Positions 18,741-28,241 are shown, counted from the stretch's first letter. The stretch is 64,000 bases of DNA from Spirochaetae bacterium HGW-Spirochaetae-2 (GCA_002839355.1 PGXW01000010.1:11057-75056); one strand, 5' to 3'. Notes: generated from the letters alone by a model not told the origin. Translations and numbers: made by a program.

Positions 18741-20249
18741 ATGATGATACAAGATGTCCTACTCATAGACAAACACGATACGGTAGCGGTCGCACTCAAA
18801 CCACTGTCGGCAGGAAATCCAATCTCGATCGACAACCGGGAACTGGTAATCGCGGAGCATATTCCGCAAGGGCACAAGATAGCCATCCGGTTCCACGCGA
18901 TAGGCGATAGTGTCTTCAAGTACGGATCTCCCATAGGTACCGCCACGGAAGAGATCCAAATTGGCAGTTGGGTCCATTCCCACAACCTGAAGACGTCACT
19001 GGCCACAACGAAGGCTGTCCTCAAGAGAAGCACGGCAGCCATGCCTGAAAAACGGGAACCGGACAAACACATTCTGTTCGATGCCTTTGAACGCGACAAC
19101 GGAAGCATTGGGATCAGAAACGAGCTGTGGATCATTCCGACTGTAGGGTGTATCAACAAGGCCGTCGCCTCCCTGGCCCGCTGGGGAGAGGGCGAGGTAT
19201 CCGAAGGAGCATGGAAGGGGATAGACGGGGTCTATGCCTGGGAGCACCCCTACGGATGTTCGCAACTGGGCGACGACCTGCGCCATACCCAAGCGATACT
19301 CGCGGATCTCGTCCATCACCCGAATGCCGTGGGTGTCCTTGTGGTAGGTCTCGGATGCGAGAACAACACCATTGCATCGTTCAAGCAACAACTGGGTCCG
19401 TACGACTCCGAACGGGTACAATTCCTCCTCTGCCAGGAAGCCGATGACGAGATAGCACAAGGCAAGGCCCTACTTGCCCGACTTGCCCGAAGGGGAGCAG
19501 CGTGTACACGGGTCCCGGTTGAAATCGGACGCCTGGTGGTCGGATTGAAATGCGGTGGATCGGATGGCCTGTCGGGCATCACCGCCAATCCATTGTTGGG
19601 CACATTCAGCGATTTCCTGACTGCTGCCGGCGGAACCGCCATACTCACGGAAATTCCCGAAATGTTCGGAGCCGAGCAACCGATGCTCGACCGGTGTTAC
19701 GATCCACAAGTGTCCAGGAAGTTCACCGATGCCATCGATGATTTCAAGTCCTACTTCATCTCCCATGGGCAACAGGTCTATGAGAATCCCTCCCCGGGAA
19801 ACAAGGATGGAGGGATCACCACATTGGAGGAGAAGTCGCTGGGATGTGTCCGCAAAGGGGGGACCTCCCCCATTGTCGACGTCATTCCCTACGGCAGCAG
19901 GGTACGGAAACCGGGATTGGTAATCCTGGAAGGTCCTGGCAACGATATGGTCTCCTCAACGGCCCTCGCTGCGGCGGGAGCCCACATCGTATTGTTCACT
20001 ACCGGACGGGGAACTCCCCTCGGATCCGCCGTCCCCACGATCAAAGTCTCGTCCAACTCCGAATTGGCACGGAGAAAGACGGGGTGGATCGATTTCGATG
20101 CAGGAAAAGGCTTGAAATCCGACCCGCTCGTGGTGTTCAATGAATTCAAGGAATTTGTCCTTGCGGTGGCCTCGGGCACAGTCAAGGCGAAACACGAGAT
20201 CAACGGTTACCGTGAGATCGCGATATTCAAAGATGGAGTAACATTATGA
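18741..20249 (+). CDS. uxaA: altronate dehydratase
   Basis: 502 aa. SAF-like N-terminus followed by a UxaA/GarD-type dehydratase C-terminal domain. Confidence 0.8.
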   Translation: MMIQDVLLIDKHDTVAVALKPLSAGNPISIDNRELVIAEHIPQGHKIAIRFHAIGDSVFKYGSPIGTATEEIQIGSWVHSHNLKTSLATTKAVLKRSTAAMPEKREPDKHILFDAFERDNGSIGIRNELWIIPTVGCINKAVASLARWGEGEVSEGAWKGIDGVYAWEHPYGCSQLGDDLRHTQAILADLVHHPNAVGVLVVGLGCENNTIASFKQQLGPYDSERVQFLLCQEADDEIAQGKALLARLARRGAACTRVPVEIGRLVVGLKCGGSDGLSGITANPLLGTFSDFLTAAGGTAILTEIPEMFGAEQPMLDRCYDPQVSRKFTDAIDDFKSYFISHGQQVYENPSPGNKDGGITTLEEKSLGCVRKGGTSPIVDVIPYGSRVRKPGLVILEGPGNDMVSSTALAAAGAHIVLFTTGRGTPLGSAVPTIKVSSNSELARRKTGWIDFDAGKGLKSDPLVVFNEFKEFVLAVASGTVKAKHEINGYREIAIFKDGVTL

Positions 20250-21655
20250 AACCTTTCATGGGTCCGGATTTCCTTTTGGACAACGGGACGGCGAGAGAAC
20301 TGTACCATACCAGTGCGGCGAAAGAACCGATCCTCGATTACCACTGCCACCTCATTCCCCAGCAGATAGCAGAGAACAAGAAGTTCTCGAACTTGACCGA
20401 CATCTGGCTCGGTGGGGACCACTACAAATGGCGGGCCATGAGGACAGTAGGAATTGAAGAGCAGCTCATCACTGGCGATGCCGACCCGTTCGACAAACTC
20501 ATGGCGTGGGCCAAGACCATGCCCCAGCTTTTGGGAAACCCGTTGTACCATTGGAGCCATCTCGAGTTGCAGCGCTACTTCAGAATCGACGAACCGTTCA
20601 ATGAACTGAGTGCCAAATCCATCTGGGACCGGACCGGGGCACTGCTTGCGACCGACGCCCTATCGGTTTCGGGCATATTCTCAAAGTTCAGGGTCGATGC
20701 TGTCGGAACAACCGACGACCCGGCCGACGACCTGGCCGTTCACCATGCGATCAACACCGGCAAAGCGCCGATCGGACCAATCGAAACAAAGGTGATGCCT
20801 TCCTTCAGGCCTGACAAGGCTGTGCTTCTGCAAGCCCCGGGATTCGCCAGCTATATCGGGAGATTGGGAGCTGCCGCGGGTATGGATATCAAGTCGGCCA
20901 AGGATGTCTGCGAAGCTTTGGACAAACGCCTCTCCTTCTTTGTGGAGCGGGGATGCAAAGCCAGCGACCATGGCATTCCCATGGTTCCCTGTACCAAGGC
21001 GACCGATGCCGAAGTGGAAGCCATTTTCCAGAAAGCCCTGGTGGGAAAAGTACTGACCCCTTCCGAAATCGATGCCTACCAGACCTTTGTGATGGTGTTC
21101 CTTGGTAAAGCCTATGCACGACACGGGGTGGTCATGCAGTTGCACCTCAATGCCATTCGGAACCTGAACGGGCCGAAACTCAAGACCCTGGGGCCCGATA
21201 CCGGTTTCGATGCCGCACACGACTTGCCCCTGGCCGAGAAGCTCGCTGGTTTCCTCGGAGCATTGGAATCCGAACACGCATTGCCGAAAACAGTCCTGTA
21301 TACCCTGAATCCCAAGGATTTTTATGTAATGGGCACCATCATGGGAGCCTTCCAGGGCGATGGGGTCCCCGGAAAGATCCAGTTGGGTTCATCATGGTGG
21401 TTCCTCGACCACAAGGACGGCATGGCGGACCAGATGAAGATCCTGGCGAACCTCGGGTCCCTTCCCCGGTTCATAGGCATGCTTACCGATTCACGCAGCT
21501 TCCTGTCGTATCCACGCCATGAATATTTCCGAAGGATACTCTGCAATATCTTGGGAACCTGGGCTGAGAATGGAGAGATACCCGCTGATCCGGTATTGTT
21601 GGACACCATTGTCCGCGATATCAGTTTCCGCAATGCCCAACGATATTTCGCTTGA
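20246..21655 (+). CDS. uxaC: glucuronate isomerase
   Basis: 469 aa. N-terminal FLLDNGTARELYH...ILDYHCHL is typical of UxaC. Overlaps uxaA by 4 bp. Confidence 0.9.
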   Translation: MKPFMGPDFLLDNGTARELYHTSAAKEPILDYHCHLIPQQIAENKKFSNLTDIWLGGDHYKWRAMRTVGIEEQLITGDADPFDKLMAWAKTMPQLLGNPLYHWSHLELQRYFRIDEPFNELSAKSIWDRTGALLATDALSVSGIFSKFRVDAVGTTDDPADDLAVHHAINTGKAPIGPIETKVMPSFRPDKAVLLQAPGFASYIGRLGAAAGMDIKSAKDVCEALDKRLSFFVERGCKASDHGIPMVPCTKATDAEVEAIFQKALVGKVLTPSEIDAYQTFVMVFLGKAYARHGVVMQLHLNAIRNLNGPKLKTLGPDTGFDAAHDLPLAEKLAGFLGALESEHALPKTVLYTLNPKDFYVMGTIMGAFQGDGVPGKIQLGSSWWFLDHKDGMADQMKILANLGSLPRFIGMLTDSRSFLSYPRHEYFRRILCNILGTWAENGEIPADPVLLDTIVRDISFRNAQRYFA

Positions 21656-22452
21656 GGGAGCCCTTTGTGAATGAAAACGGCGATCGGGCCACGATACGGG
21701 CGGGATCAAACAATTTGAGTTCGGCGGCTAGGACACTCGGCATACTCGAGCGGCTGGCCGGACACAAGAAGATCAACCTCGAGCGACTGGCCCGGGAAAC
21801 CGCGCTACCGAAGCCCACCTTGCACCGGTTCCTCGCGACATTGGTGGATTTAGGATACGTATACCGCGATGAAAACGACCAGTACTCGTTGACCTTGCGC
21901 ATGTTCAGTATCGGGGCCAAGGGATTGGCCCACATGGATATCGCGCAGGATGCCCGACCGATCGCCGAAGCGTTGGGAGCACAATTGGGAGAGACTGTCC
22001 ATATGGGGATCCTGGACGAGGACATGGCCATGTATGTCGTCAAGATCGAGTCGAAATATACTATCCGCATGTACTCGCGGGTCGGCAAGCGGATTCCGCT
22101 CTACTGCACCGCGATCGGAAAGATCCTGATGGCGGGAATGGAAACCGAAGAAGCCGGGAGTCTGATTGACTCCCTCGAATTGGTGCCATTCACCAGTGGG
22201 ACACTCACGTCCCGCAAGGAACTGTCGACTGAACTCCAACGCATCCGCGAACAGGGGTTCGCCGAGGATTTACAGGAACATGAGGAAGGCGTACGTTGCA
22301 TCGCGGCCCCGGTACGGGACCACACTTCGGCGGTAGTCGCAGGATTGTCGGTCTCGTGGCCCCTATTCCGTTTCGACGAAAGCAAACGGGAACTCTACAT
22401 CAAAGCTATCAAAGAGAGTGCCCTGGCCATCTCGAGACTCTTGGGGTATTAG
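21652..22452 (+). CDS. IclR-family transcriptional regulator (KdgR-like)
   Basis: N-terminal HTH (LGILERLAGH...INLERLARETALPKPTLHRFL) and a C-terminal IclR effector domain. Apparent non-ATG start (TTG 21652 or GTG 21667). Confidence 0.75.
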   Translation: MREPFVNENGDRATIRAGSNNLSSAARTLGILERLAGHKKINLERLARETALPKPTLHRFLATLVDLGYVYRDENDQYSLTLRMFSIGAKGLAHMDIAQDARPIAEALGAQLGETVHMGILDEDMAMYVVKIESKYTIRMYSRVGKRIPLYCTAIGKILMAGMETEEAGSLIDSLELVPFTSGTLTSRKELSTELQRIREQGFAEDLQEHEEGVRCIAAPVRDHTSAVVAGLSVSWPLFRFDESKRELYIKAIKESALAISRLLGY

Positions 22453-22493
22453 CGATCTGTCAGCTCAGATACCTGGAGACACTTCACAAACCG

Positions 22494-23522
22494 CTAACGC
22501 TGGACCCTACCGGAGCCGTCACCCTTCATCAAAGCCTCGACCTCATCGCGGGTCGTCAGATTGAAATCACCGATAATACTGTGCTTCAGGCATGAAGCTG
22601 CGACAGCGAACCGAAGGGCGTCCGCCTCTTCCATATGGCGCAATCCATAGATGATTCCGGCGGAGAACGAATCGCCTCCCCCCACCCGGTCGACAATATC
22701 GTCGATGGCATATCTCGGCGACGAGTGGAAACCATCCTTACCCAACAGTACCGCCCTCCATCCGTTCCTATCGGCACTGATGCTTTCGCGCAATGTTATG
22801 GCGACCCGGCTGATGGAAGGGAATTGGGACCTCACCTTATTGGCGAGCTGTTCGTATACGGAATCCGATAGCTCCCCCTTGGTCACATCGACATCGGCCT
22901 CTATGCCGAGACACTTCTGGATATCCTCTTCATTGGCGACCACAAGATCGGCAAAGGCGGCCAATCGGCGCATCACTTCAGGTGCCTGCTTGCCATAATT
23001 CCACAGTTTCTTCCGATAATTCAGATCTATCGAAACGGTGATACCCATTTCCCTGGCCGTCTGGACAGCCGGCAGCGCACAATCCGCGGCCGATTGGGAG
23101 AGTGCCGGTGTTATTCCGGTGATATGGAACCAATCGACGTCGGAAAAGAGTTCCTTCCAGTTGAAGTCGCCCGGTTTTGCCAAGGCGATCGCCGCACCTT
23201 CGCGGTCGTACACCACTTTCGACGGGCGCTGGTTCGCTCCGGTCTCCAGGAAGTAGATACCGACCCGCCCTTCTTTCGTACGGACAATCTTCGATGTATC
23301 GACACCATGGCGACGCAATTCGGAAATAGCCGATTCCCCTATCGCATTCTTGGGCAAGGCGGTAACGAAACCGGCTTTGTCGCCCAACAGGTTCAACGAT
23401 ACGGCGACATTTGCTTCCCCACCTCCAAACGTTGCTTCCAAGCACGGGGATTGGAAGAACCGCTCGTTCTGTGGTGATTTCAAGCGGAGCATGACTTCTC
23501 CGAAGGTAACGATCTGTTTCAT
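22494..23522 (-). CDS. kdgK: 2-dehydro-3-deoxygluconokinase (PfkB family)
   Basis: PfkB signature VGGGDSFSAGIIYGL. Start MKQIVTFGEVMLRL with GAGGATGG upstream. Longer N-terminal extension rejected. Confidence 0.8.
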   Translation of the reverse strand: MKQIVTFGEVMLRLKSPQNERFFQSPCLEATFGGGEANVAVSLNLLGDKAGFVTALPKNAIGESAISELRRHGVDTSKIVRTKEGRVGIYFLETGANQRPSKVVYDREGAAIALAKPGDFNWKELFSDVDWFHITGITPALSQSAADCALPAVQTAREMGITVSIDLNYRKKLWNYGKQAPEVMRRLAAFADLVVANEEDIQKCLGIEADVDVTKGELSDSVYEQLANKVRSQFPSISRVAITLRESISADRNGWRAVLLGKDGFHSSPRYAIDDIVDRVGGGDSFSAGIIYGLRHMEEADALRFAVAASCLKHSIIGDFNLTTRDEVEALMKGDGSGRVQR

Positions 23523-23676
23523 GGATTCCATCCTCAAGATTCGCGATGCCCTGATTATACCATTGGACTCCAAAAGGTCAATGTTTTTCGGAATATTGTT
23601 CCATTTTTCAAACGCAGATGCTATACTTTTCGCATCACACCCGATGGTCCCGACGATTATCGCAAGGAAGGCCCCC

Positions 23677-24639
23677 ATGGCAGACATGCATGAAACAATA
23701 CGGAACATCGGTATCGTGCCCGTTATCAAGATCGATTCTCCCGAGCAGGCCCTCCCACTGGGCAAGGCATTGCTGGCCGGTGGCCTACCGGTCGCCGAGA
23801 TCACATTCAGGACAGCCGCCGGAGAAGAGGGTATCCGGATACTCAGCTCGCAATTGCCTCAACTGCTGGTCGGAGCGGGAACCATCACCTCGGTGGAGGC
23901 GGCCCGGAGAGCGATCGATGCCGGGGCGAAATTCATCGTTTCACCCGGATACAGCGACGATGTTGTCGAATACTGCATCCAGCGGAATGTCACGATCTAT
24001 CCCGGTGTGAACAACCCGTCGGAAATCCAATCGGCCATGCGACGAGGCCTTTCGGTGCTCAAATTCTTTCCGGCCGAGGCCTCAGGAGGTGTGGACATGC
24101 TCGATGCATTGAGCGGTCCATTCCCCACGCTCCGCTTCATGCCAACCGGCGGAATCGGTATGCACAACCTCGCTTCCTACATACGCAAACCCTATATCGT
24201 CGCCTGCGGCGGTAGCTGGATGGTGAAATCGGACCTGATAAACGAGGGGCGGTGGGACGAGATCACCCGTTTGAGCCGGGAAGCTGTGGCGGCTGTCCAC
24301 GGTTTTTCCTTCGCACACATCGGAATAAATCCTTCGGACACAGAGGAAGCAAGCAACATAACCATGGCGTTGGGAGTATTCTTGCAACCGGTGACCGAAG
24401 GTACCACTTCCTTCTTCGCCAGTGAAAGTATCGAGATCATGAAACAACCGTTCCTTGGAACCCATGGGCATATCGGCATACGGACATGGGATATCGAGCG
24501 GGCCTTGGAATATTTGAGAACCTTCGGGGTCGAGGCCGATGAAGCCACGGGAAGAAGGGATGCGAAGGGCCGCCTCACCGTGATCTACCTCAAGGATGAA
24601 GTCGGGGGCTTCGCCCTCCATTTGCTTCGGGCGAAATGA
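23677..24639 (+). CDS. eda: KDPG/KHG aldolase with C-terminal VOC (glyoxalase-like) extension
   Basis: First ~215 aa are Eda-like, with the Schiff-base lysine context GLSVLKFFPAEASGG. An extra ~105 aa with HIGI...HIGI VOC-like repeats follows. Start MADMHE with AAGGAAGG RBS. Confidence 0.8.
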   Translation: MADMHETIRNIGIVPVIKIDSPEQALPLGKALLAGGLPVAEITFRTAAGEEGIRILSSQLPQLLVGAGTITSVEAARRAIDAGAKFIVSPGYSDDVVEYCIQRNVTIYPGVNNPSEIQSAMRRGLSVLKFFPAEASGGVDMLDALSGPFPTLRFMPTGGIGMHNLASYIRKPYIVACGGSWMVKSDLINEGRWDEITRLSREAVAAVHGFSFAHIGINPSDTEEASNITMALGVFLQPVTEGTTSFFASESIEIMKQPFLGTHGHIGIRTWDIERALEYLRTFGVEADEATGRRDAKGRLTVIYLKDEVGGFALHLLRAK

Positions 24640-24711
24640 ATGGTATCGCAACCCCAGGGCAAGGGGTGGACCAGGGAGGCTTCGCCTCCGCTGCCGCCCC
24701 ATGGGGCTCAC

Positions 24712-24802
24712 GTATCTCACCCTACGTTCCCTGCACTTACTCGGTAATGGACCAATAGTAATTGTTCCGCTACCCTCGTTTCGTTGGGGAATAAAAGGTA
24801 TC
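24712..24802 (+). ncRNA. conserved ~91-nt intergenic element, copy 1 (candidate small RNA or 3'UTR-derived RNA; identity unknown)
   Basis: About 94% identical to 56209-56299 (5-6 substitutions). Non-coding on both strands. Internal hairpin GGACcaat-AGTA-attgTTCC. Preceded by two GC-rich hairpins after the eda stop and followed by an intrinsic terminator. Confidence 0.4.
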
Positions 24803-24819
24803 AATTCCCACCGTATCGG

Positions 24820-24849
24820 CCACGGGGTATTTGTACTCCGTGGTTTTTT
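24820..24849 (+). terminator. rho-independent terminator
   Basis: Stem CCACGG / CCGTGG with a 12-nt loop, followed by TTTTTT. Confidence 0.7.
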
Positions 24850-24878
24850 ATATCCTTTTCATCTTTTTTAATATATAC

Positions 24879-24887
24879 TGGTATTAT
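24879..24887 (+). promoter_or_regulatory. extended -10 promoter element (TGgTATTAT) for the DUF1508 gene
   Basis: TGnTATTAT about 20 nt upstream of the AAGGAG RBS, within an AT-rich tract just after the terminator. Confidence 0.45.
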
Positions 24888-24908
24888 ACATATTTAAAGG
24901 AGTCGATT

Positions 24909-25295
24909 ATGCCGGGAAAATTTATCATTTCCAAGACCCCAAAAGGGTTCTTCCGTTTCAATCTCCAGGCGGCCAACTATCAGACCGTCCTTACCAGCCA
25001 AAATTATGCCAGCCTTCGCAATTGCAAGGACGGAATAGAGGCGATCAAGAAGAACGCGACAGCTGCCGTGGAAGACCAGACACTGCAGAAAGTCGAAAAG
25101 AAGAAATTCCCCAAATATGAAGTCTATCTGGACAACGCAAGCCAATTTCGTTATCGGTTGCTTGCATCGAATGGCCAGAATATCGCTATGGCTGAAGAGG
25201 GATACGCCACCAAACAAGGATGTTTCAGTGGCATCGACGCCATCAGCCGTGCAGCAGTGGATGCGGAGATAGACGAGTCGGCGTTGGGGAAATAG
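24909..25295 (+). CDS. DUF1508 (YegP-like) tandem-domain protein
   Basis: 128 aa (MPGKFIISKTPKGFFRFNLQAANYQTVLTSQNYAS...) with two YegP-like half repeats. RBS AAAGGAG. Confidence 0.65.
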   Translation: MPGKFIISKTPKGFFRFNLQAANYQTVLTSQNYASLRNCKDGIEAIKKNATAAVEDQTLQKVEKKKFPKYEVYLDNASQFRYRLLASNGQNIAMAEEGYATKQGCFSGIDAISRAAVDAEIDESALGK

Positions 25296-25359
25296 TCTTA
25301 TACCAATCGGCAATGCCGGTGCCCGACTTTATTCCTCATTGGATACTATGGTAATCTTT

Positions 25360-25380
25360 TATCACAAGATAATTGTGATA
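25360..25380. promoter_or_regulatory. inverted repeat TATCACAA-gataa-TTGTGATA upstream of the XRE regulator gene (putative operator)
   Basis: Perfect 8-bp arms ending 10 bp before the ATG at 25391. Confidence 0.45.
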
Positions 25381-25390
25381 TCATTGTTAT

Positions 25391-25615
25391 ATGCAAATAG
25401 AACAAGCCTTACACCAATACTTGAAAGCAAACAACTACCCTATTGCACAATTCGCCCGAGATATCGGCATTGCCCGATCGCATCTGTACAAGATACTGCA
25501 TGGTACCCACAGTCCTACATTGCATACGGTGGAACGGATGAGTTCGGCGCTTGACATGACCCTCGCCGAATTCATTGCCATGATAGAATCACCGGTTGCG
25601 GTGGATGCGGAATAA
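25391..25615 (+). CDS. XRE-family (Cro/C1-type) HTH transcriptional regulator
   Basis: 74 aa. HTH reads IAQFARDIGIARSHLYKILHG. Confidence 0.8.
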   Translation: MQIEQALHQYLKANNYPIAQFARDIGIARSHLYKILHGTHSPTLHTVERMSSALDMTLAEFIAMIESPVAVDAE

Positions 25616-25672
25616 TGGGCTGTGCATGCAAACGGTGGTCACACAGGACCCACTGTCGAGCCGCAAGGAACA

Positions 25673-26944
25673 CTAGCCGTTGCGCTTCTGTGCATAGAAC
25701 AATTCTTCGGTAGCCAAAGCCATTTTTGTCACCGAGAAGTCGTTCCCATGCGGATAGATATAGTAGGTGTCCTCCAAGGTCGACAGATCGATGCAATCCC
25801 CCCTACCGAAATAGTCATACTCGATATGGCAGGAATACATGGACGCGACCGGCTTTTCCAACCGGAACGGCTCCCCGTCGAACACTCCATCCAATACAAA
25901 GCCTTCCATCGAATGTGAAAGGGCAGCGGTCCCGAGCCTGATGTACCGTTTTGCATTGGGTAGCGCATCCACTGTGGCTTCGACGTGCAGCCGATAGGTC
26001 CCACTCTCCACCTCGGCGCGTACATTGCCGCGCTCGAACTCGTACCAATCGGGAATATGGGTGAATTCCGTATGCAACGACTGCTCGTCATCCGCCTTGT
26101 GCACCGCACGCAATTCACCGAGTTCAGTCATTTCCCAACTTTTGTTGCACGCGGTGCATGAGATGTGATCTCCATGGCTGGTCATGCGGTATTCGGTGAG
26201 GCAATGGGGACACTGGTAGAGGACCTTGTGCAGTCCCTCGGCCCGTTTCGGATAGTCGATGACTATCCCCTGGTCCTTTTGCCATGCATATTCGTCGTAG
26301 GAGAACGCTTCTCCAATCCTTGTGTTGATCTCGGCTACCGTGCTGCCCTTCAATTCATCGACAGTCAAGATTTGTGTCAGATCGGCAGCCAACCTATTCC
26401 CACGCTCGGTGAGGTTCCAACAAGGACTGTTCAGGTAGTTTCCATGCATGTTCAGCATCACCACGGGGACTCCCAGCAGCTTCACCATCTTGCCCAGCGA
26501 GTCGGGAAGCACCGCATTGGTACCAATCAATGAATAGCGGGCTTCGGGATACAAGGCCAGGATATCACCCTGCTTTACTATCACATGCCTGATCTGACGG
26601 ATGAGTTGGATATCGTTGGTGAATTTCCGCTTGCAGATGCCCCCGGCTTGACGCAACAACCATTCGCGTCCGATAAAACCATCGATAGCAACCACATAGT
26701 TGGCGCGATGGGGAAAGATCGCAGCGGTGGTGACCTTGAAATCCATGAATGCATGATGGGTACATAAAAGCAAATAGGGCGGTTTTAGGCCATCCATGTC
26801 CTTTTTTGTGATTGCCAACCGATGTTTCCAGACTGCCGGAAAACTCAATATCCAAGTCAAGGGCCGTAGATATCCACGTTGCCTGACAGGCTTGCGCACC
26901 ATATCGAATCGGACTGCTGCCCGTAATTTCTCTATTCCAGTCAT
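25673..26944 (-). CDS. lysophospholipid acyltransferase (PlsC) family protein with C-terminal Cys-ribbon
   Basis: 423 aa. HX4D acyltransferase motif in CTHHAFMDF. C-terminal CPHC...CTAC pair. Confidence 0.65.
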   Translation of the reverse strand: MTGIEKLRAAVRFDMVRKPVRQRGYLRPLTWILSFPAVWKHRLAITKKDMDGLKPPYLLLCTHHAFMDFKVTTAAIFPHRANYVVAIDGFIGREWLLRQAGGICKRKFTNDIQLIRQIRHVIVKQGDILALYPEARYSLIGTNAVLPDSLGKMVKLLGVPVVMLNMHGNYLNSPCWNLTERGNRLAADLTQILTVDELKGSTVAEINTRIGEAFSYDEYAWQKDQGIVIDYPKRAEGLHKVLYQCPHCLTEYRMTSHGDHISCTACNKSWEMTELGELRAVHKADDEQSLHTEFTHIPDWYEFERGNVRAEVESGTYRLHVEATVDALPNAKRYIRLGTAALSHSMEGFVLDGVFDGEPFRLEKPVASMYSCHIEYDYFGRGDCIDLSTLEDTYYIYPHGNDFSVTKMALATEELFYAQKRNG

Positions 26945-27314
26945 GTCCGGATCCCCCCGAACCCAAGGCTTTGGGTATGAGTGACAGTACCACTACGATT
27001 TGCCATTTGCAACATTTTCCGCATACCTCTTGACCAATGTTTGGAAAATCTATATATTAAGGCAAGAACAGTGGCAAGGTCTGGTGACTATACAAGGGTT
27101 CGATTCCCATGCTGGCTTGAACCGGTACGATAATCTTTATGGTTTTCGTGGTAAAAAGGTGCTGATTCGGATTGTGGATACTAGGTGATTGCAAGTTTAT
27201 TCCAGTGATTTTGTCCCATACTGGAAACTGCAAGTTGAACCGAAAACGCAATACCGAACGCACCTTTTTCGTTTTTATTGACATCTCCCCCTGTACAGCT
27301 GTACGCTATCCGAC

Positions 27315-28241
27315 ATGCACACAAGAACAATCGGCTCTTCCCAAGTACTGCTTGCGGGCGTCTTCTGGGGGACATACGGAACCTTCGCGTCCTTTCTCCC
27401 CGATTACATCTCCCCGCTTGCTGTAGGGGCCATCAAACTCGCGATCGGAGCTGTCGGAGTCGCGCTGTTCCTCATGGTATCCCATAGGGGCCGGATCATT
27501 TCAAAAGGTACACGATTCCCTATTCCGATACTTCTTTCCTGTGCCGTGGCCCTGGCGATCGCTCAAACTTCGATTTATATGGGGGTACGCAATGCGGGAG
27601 TTACGATCGCAACCATGATATTCATCGGCACTCCCCCACTGTTCAGCGGCTTGTTCGCACAATTCGTGCGGAAGGAACGCCAGAGCCTCTCCTGGCTCAT
27701 CACTTCGATCATCATCGCCCTGGGGTGTTTCTTCATGGCGATTTCCGGTGATACCACGGCAGGTGGAAACCACTTGCTGCTTGGCAGCCTATTCGCGGCG
27801 ACCGCTGGTGCCACCTGGACCTTCGTCGGTACAAATCTGCGTTCCATGCAAAGGAATGCGACACCGTTGGAGTCCTCGTTTGTTGTCATGGGCGCCGCCT
27901 CACTGGTACTCATGCCGATTGTGGCATTCCAGGGAATCGCATGGATCGCCGAACCTGGTGTGTTCTCCCTGGCCCTTGCCCTGGGATTCGTCTCGACGGC
28001 AATCCCCTACTGGCTGTTCACCACCGGGGCCCGCCGCATTCCGGCATCCCATGCATTTCTCTATGGACTGACCGAACCGATCACCGCATCCTTTCTTGGG
28101 CTGGTGGTATTGGGCGAACGGCTCGCCTCTATCGGAGTAGTCGGGTATGTCCTTGTCATCATCGGATTGGTTTTGTTTTCCGTGTGGGAGTTCAGATCAG
28201 CCTGGATATTGGAGCGGAGCCTGCGGGGTCCGTTGGCATAG
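27315..28241 (+). CDS. EamA/DMT-family transporter
   Basis: 308 aa with about 10 hydrophobic helices in two similar halves. Confidence 0.75.
   Translation: MHTRTIGSSQVLLAGVFWGTYGTFASFLPDYISPLAVGAIKLAIGAVGVALFLMVSHRGRIISKGTRFPIPILLSCAVALAIAQTSIYMGVRNAGVTIATMIFIGTPPLFSGLFAQFVRKERQSLSWLITSIIIALGCFFMAISGDTTAGGNHLLLGSLFAATAGATWTFVGTNLRSMQRNATPLESSFVVMGAASLVLMPIVAFQGIAWIAEPGVFSLALALGFVSTAIPYWLFTTGARRIPASHAFLYGLTEPITASFLGLVVLGERLASIGVVGYVLVIIGLVLFSVWEFRSAWILERSLRGPLA

Noticed and set aside
24082-24871. ORFs 24082-24804 (-) and 24596-24871 (+), and their counterparts 56182-56913 (-) and 56165-56476 (+), which share peptide segments such as GNGPIVIVPLPSFRWG and QRNEGSGTITIGPLP
   Set aside because: The shared peptides are just translations of the duplicated 91-nt DNA element in both orientations. 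The ORFs are antisense to or overlap real genes and have no RBS. The repeat is treated as non-coding.
27060-27130. Possible tRNA gene (GGGTTCGATTCCC T-loop-like sequence)
   Set aside because: No acceptor, D or anticodon stems could be built around the T-arm, and there is no CCA context. Kept only as a finding about a tRNA-like remnant.
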